Source of the DNA: an uncultured delta proteobacterium
Lineage (GTDB): Bacteria; Desulfobacterota; Binatia; UBA9968
Length of the DNA stretch: 64,000 nt
NCBI GenBank assembly: GCA_963755715.1
Contig: CAVWLW010000036.1
Location: forward strand, 52,117 to 116,116
Direction: 5' to 3'
The translations under genes were made by a program, and so were the position numbers. Shown one piece after another: positions 60,521 to 64,000 of the stretch. The number at the start of each line of letters is the position of its first letter. Position 1 is the first letter of the stretch. The notes below the pieces were generated by a model. The model ran no database searches, was not told where the DNA came from, and saw nothing but the letters and a program-made list of their open reading frames with translations.

Positions 60521-61352
60521 GGATCACGCCCTACGGCGTGCGAGGCTCCCTGGCGGCGCCGGGACCCGCCACCGCCCGCTACGGCGGCAACACCTCGTGT
60601 GTGCGCGTGGCCGGGCCGGATGGCACCGTGCTCGCGCTCGACGCGGGGACGGGGATCCGGTCCCTCGCGCTCGAGCTGCCTCCGGGGCTTTCCCGAGTGG
60701 ACGTGTTGCTGACCCACCTCCACATGGACCACATCATCGGGCTGGGGTTCTTCGGTCCGCTCTACAACCCAGGAATGGAGGTCCACATCTGGGGACCGGC
60801 CAGCGCCACGCTGAGCCTGGAGGCGCGCCTCCGCCGGTACCTCGCTCCGCCCCTGTTTCCGGTGTTGCTGCGCGACCTGCCATGCCGCCTCGAGCTGCAC
60901 CACACGGGCCGCGGGCGCTTTTCCATCGGTGCGTTCCACGTCCGGGCCGCGCGCATCTGCCATCCGGGGCCGACCGTGGGCTACCGGATCGAGACGGAAG
61001 AGGGCTCACTCGCCTATCTCCCCGACCATGAGCCTGCGCTCGGGGCGCGCCGCTTTCCCATCGACGCGGAGTGGACGTCCGGCTTCGACCTGGCGCAGGG
61101 GGTCGATCTGCTCCTCCACGACGCGCAATACACGCGCGAGGAGTACCCCGGACACGTTGGCTGGGGACACAGCACGGTGCACGATGCGCTCGCTTTCGCC
61201 CGCCTGGTGGGCGCCAAGCACCTGGTCCCGTTCCACCACGATCCCGGCGGGACGACGCAGCGCTCGACACGGCGATCGGTGCCGCCGTGGCCGACATGGA
61301 CCCCGACTTCCCGGTGACGCCGGCGGCCGAGGGAAGGAGCTTCGATCTATGA
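60517..61352 (+). CDS. MBL-fold metallo-hydrolase (RNase Z/phosphodiesterase-like), frameshift near 61248
   Basis: GVRGS, RYGGNTSC, LDAGTG, THLHMDH, WGHS, FHHDP; the C-terminus AAEGRSFDL lies in the next frame. Confidence 0.85.
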
Positions 61353-61543
61353 AGGGTTCAGCGGCTCCCCGGACCCGGTCTCTCCGAACAGGAAGACGAC
61401 GGAGCGCGCCCGCTATTACCCTCCTTATTTCGTAACGCGGGTGAGCGGACATCGAATTGAGAATGCACCGCTGATCGAATATCAGACGTTCCATCGTATA
61501 GCAGGCTTGGCAAGGCCCACGCCGGCGGCACACATCCTGCAGA

Positions 61544-61590
61544 TCCTCGTGTCCAGCATTCCTCGTGTCAGACTTGCCGAAATCTACTAA
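61544..61590 (-). repeat. Cassette-boundary hairpin motif, copy 3 (inverted), with adjacent 10-bp duplication
   Basis: Reverse strand TTAGTAGATTTCGGCAAGTCT-GACACGAGGA-ATGCTG-GACACGAGGA. Confidence 0.7.
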
Positions 61591-61862
61591 TCTCTACAAG
61601 GCCCAGCCGCACGTATCCAGTGCGCAGCGATTGCAGGATACGCGCCGTCGGGAATCGATCGACCTCCAATAACAAGTGGAAGTGATTCGACATCAAAGAC
61701 ATAGGCGTAGAGAGAGAACGGGTAGCGCTTGCGCACGGTCTGAAGCGCTTCGACAAAGGCCTGATAGTCACTTTGCCTGAGGAAAATCTTCTGCCCGTCA
61801 TTGCCACGGTGGATCACGTGGTAAAGCAGTCCTTCGGCATAAACTCACGGATGGCGCGGCAT
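61591..61862 (-). pseudogene. Truncated Y1 HUH transposase (RAYT-like, IS200-related)
   Basis: MPRHP*VYAEGLLYHVIHRGNDGQKIF...SLYAYV/(shift)MSNHFHLLL; internal stop and frameshift; ends at the boundary motif before the catalytic Tyr region. Confidence 0.85.
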
Positions 61863-61936
61863 CGATTCGTGCACATAGTTGACATATAGTTCGGGCAAAG
61901 TTGTGGGCAAAGTAAAAGCACCAGACGTCATAACCC

Positions 61937-62965
61937 CTATTGGATGCCCGCCGCCTTCGCAAACGTCAGGTCGACAAATTTCTCCGTCGGCGGAAACGGC
62001 TTGTCGGTATAGCCGGCGTCCTTGGCGAACTGGAGGAGATTGTTGAAGCTGGCCATATCCAGCTCACCCTGCCTGGGGAGAATGCGCAGCTTGGGATCGG
62101 CATAGTTGGCAACCAGTTGATCGACGATGGCCTGAGGCTCTCCCGTGATCTCCTTGATGATCCGCGAAACTTCGCCGCGATTCTTGGGATCGTGAATGAA
62201 CCGCATGGCCGCGGCCTGCGCCCGCAAATAGCGCACGATGGCGTCTTGGTGGGTCCTGGCCCATTCGCGGCGCACGACTTCAACATAGAAGGTCACGGGC
62301 CCCGCCTCGACAGTGGTTCCGAGGCGATGGAACCCCAGGCCTGAGTTGATGGCTTGGATGTCGGTGGGGTGCACGGCGGCGATAGCCGCGCATTTCCCGG
62401 CCTTCAAGCATTCCAGGCGGGCATCGGACATTCTGATGGCTTCAAACGTGAAATCGTTTTTCCCGATGCCATGTTGGGCCAGAAGCGCACGGGTCGTCAG
62501 CGTGATACCATCCCACGGCGCGGTCAGGGTGATCGTCTTGCCCTTGAGGTCGGCATAGGTTCTGATCTCCGGCCGGGCGATCAGGCTGTAGACCGGATTT
62601 GCCGTCTGCACGCCTACCGCCACGGCATCCGAGCCATTCAACACGGCATTGATGAAAAACCCGCCATTGGCGGTCGCCATGTCGGCACGGCCACCGCGCT
62701 CTATCGAGGGCTCGTAGCCTTTCAAGGCAGCCTGCGAATTACTGTCGGGTCCCGCGATCGCATCCTTGATCACGTCAACGCGGACACCCGCTTGCGCGAA
62801 AAAGTCCTTCTGTTGCGCGACAATGAACGGCAGGCGCGCGAGGCCCTCGGCGTCCGCGTGGCGCAACGCCGGCATCTCCGCCGCCGTAGCGCTCTGGCTC
62901 GCAGCGCCCCGGGCCGTAACGATAGCGAGTATGACGAGAAGTACAGATGCGGTCCTGACACTCAT
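61937..62965 (-). CDS. ABC SBP, NMT1/THI5/SsuA-like
   Basis: Signal peptide; VAQQKDFFAQAGVRV, DLKGKTI. Confidence 0.82.
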   Translation of the reverse strand: MSVRTASVLLVILAIVTARGAASQSATAAEMPALRHADAEGLARLPFIVAQQKDFFAQAGVRVDVIKDAIAGPDSNSQAALKGYEPSIERGGRADMATANGGFFINAVLNGSDAVAVGVQTANPVYSLIARPEIRTYADLKGKTITLTAPWDGITLTTRALLAQHGIGKNDFTFEAIRMSDARLECLKAGKCAAIAAVHPTDIQAINSGLGFHRLGTTVEAGPVTFYVEVVRREWARTHQDAIVRYLRAQAAAMRFIHDPKNRGEVSRIIKEITGEPQAIVDQLVANYADPKLRILPRQGELDMASFNNLLQFAKDAGYTDKPFPPTEKFVDLTFAKAAGIQ

Positions 62966-63062
62966 CTTAGCCTCCGCTTTCGGTTGCATGTGTTGCTACA
63001 CTAGCTCTTAGTAGCGGAGCCTCACGTCCTAGTAATCGATCATCGTGTATGAATGCGCCGGT

Positions 63063-63677
63063 TTACGGATTAAAGTTGTAGGGGCGTGTCATCTCAGGCG
63101 ACATCCGCGTAAAATCCGGCTCCTGCTCCCAGGCGAGCGCAATTCTTTCACTGAAAACGATCAGCGCGTTCCAGTTGACGTTAGGGGTTTCAGCCATTTT
63201 GACCGCGCTGGCAATCGCATCGCGAATCTGGTTGTGACGGTCCCAAAAGCGGCGAATATCATTGGCGTCCGAGGTCACATAGTTGATGTAATACCGGATT
63301 CCGGTCAAACCCCAGACAATATCGTACAGTCCCTTCTCCCGCTCGTTGAGCCGGACCAGCGTCAGGCCCAGATACAAGCGCGACAGACTGTTACCCGGAT
63401 CCCGGGCGAGATCACGCTCCAAGCTCTGGCGCGCCTGAGCATATTGACCGTTGAGATACTGCGCTCGGCCCAGATAGCTAAAAACGCCTTCCGAACGATC
63501 GACGCCAAACGAATAACCCGGATCCTCTCGAGCAGCGACTTCAAAAGATTCGAGAGCGTCTTGATTTTGAGCGCGAAACAACTCCTGCCTGCCTAGCCCG
63601 ACCGCGCTCCTCGCTTGAAAAGCTCCGCAAGCGGAGACTAAAACGCTCAATGAGAATAGCGCTACAAGCGCTTTCAT
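63063..63677 (-). CDS. TPR-containing lipoprotein
   Basis: MKALVALFSLSVLVSAC lipobox; TPR-like YLGRAQYLNG and LYLGLTL. Confidence 0.75.
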   Translation of the reverse strand: MKALVALFSLSVLVSACGAFQARSAVGLGRQELFRAQNQDALESFEVAAREDPGYSFGVDRSEGVFSYLGRAQYLNGQYAQARQSLERDLARDPGNSLSRLYLGLTLVRLNEREKGLYDIVWGLTGIRYYINYVTSDANDIRRFWDRHNQIRDAIASAVKMAETPNVNWNALIVFSERIALAWEQEPDFTRMSPEMTRPYNFNP

Positions 63678-64000
63678 CTTGCAATTTTCTAAGCGACCGA
63701 CGATGAGATTCATTTCACCACCAAGCCCCAGCGCGGTTTCGCCGCAACCAAAGAACTCGGAAAATTCACCACGGAAACACCGAGAACACAGAGTTGAGGA
63801 AAAGTTCTGATTAACAAGGATCACACCTTTCTTATGCTGTATCAAGTGGTGTCCCAACGTTTGAAAGTCAGGAGTTGATAAGCCCTCCAACGTTCTTAGA
63901 AAAGTCATGTTTTTGCCTGGTCTCGATTTGAATTCAGACCGTTCCTTTTGCCACCCTGCCGGCAATCAGATCGAACGGGGTGGACTGAATCGCCGAATGT

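Noticed and set aside
61845-61847. TGA at codon 6 of the second transposase as recoding
   Set aside because: Falls on a typically Arg position (CGA>TGA) in a gene that is also frameshifted and truncated.

Overview
Bacterial chromosomal segment, moderately GC-rich. By inference from the expanded set of orphan NMT1/SsuA-like substrate-binding proteins (SBPs), amidohydrolases and cupins, it resembles Candidatus Binatia/Binatota-type deltaproteobacteria. The left ~19 kb is mostly housekeeping and envelope genes: esterase, M48 protease, UvrD/PcrA helicase, MFS-spermidine synthase fusion, TrmJ, GST, Fpg/Nei, a carboxyltransferase, and an intact REP-associated tyrosine transposase flanked by GTAG REPs. 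The middle (~19-51 kb) is an aromatic/heterocycle catabolic region: gentisate dioxygenase-like cupin, FAD monooxygenase, aryl-acid adenylating ligase, dihydroxyphthalate decarboxylase-like protein, TPP enzyme, four amidohydrolases and many SBPs without permeases. The right end (~51.7-62 kb) is a mosaic of foreign-looking cassettes (DUF899 array plus YciI; PAS plus MBL-fold pair) bounded by a recurring hairpin/TGAC(CCC) motif, a partial SBP duplication and a truncated Y1 HUH transposase. Highlights: (1) a probable selenoprotein missed by the ORF track (41689-40916): a glutaredoxin UxxC domain fused to a DinB-like domain, with a SECIS-like hairpin; (2) the motif-bounded cassette mosaic linked to a HUH transposase; (3) several families of short intergenic repeats. 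Many genes carry single-base frameshifts, most likely assembly indel errors. No rRNA, tRNA or CRISPR array was seen.
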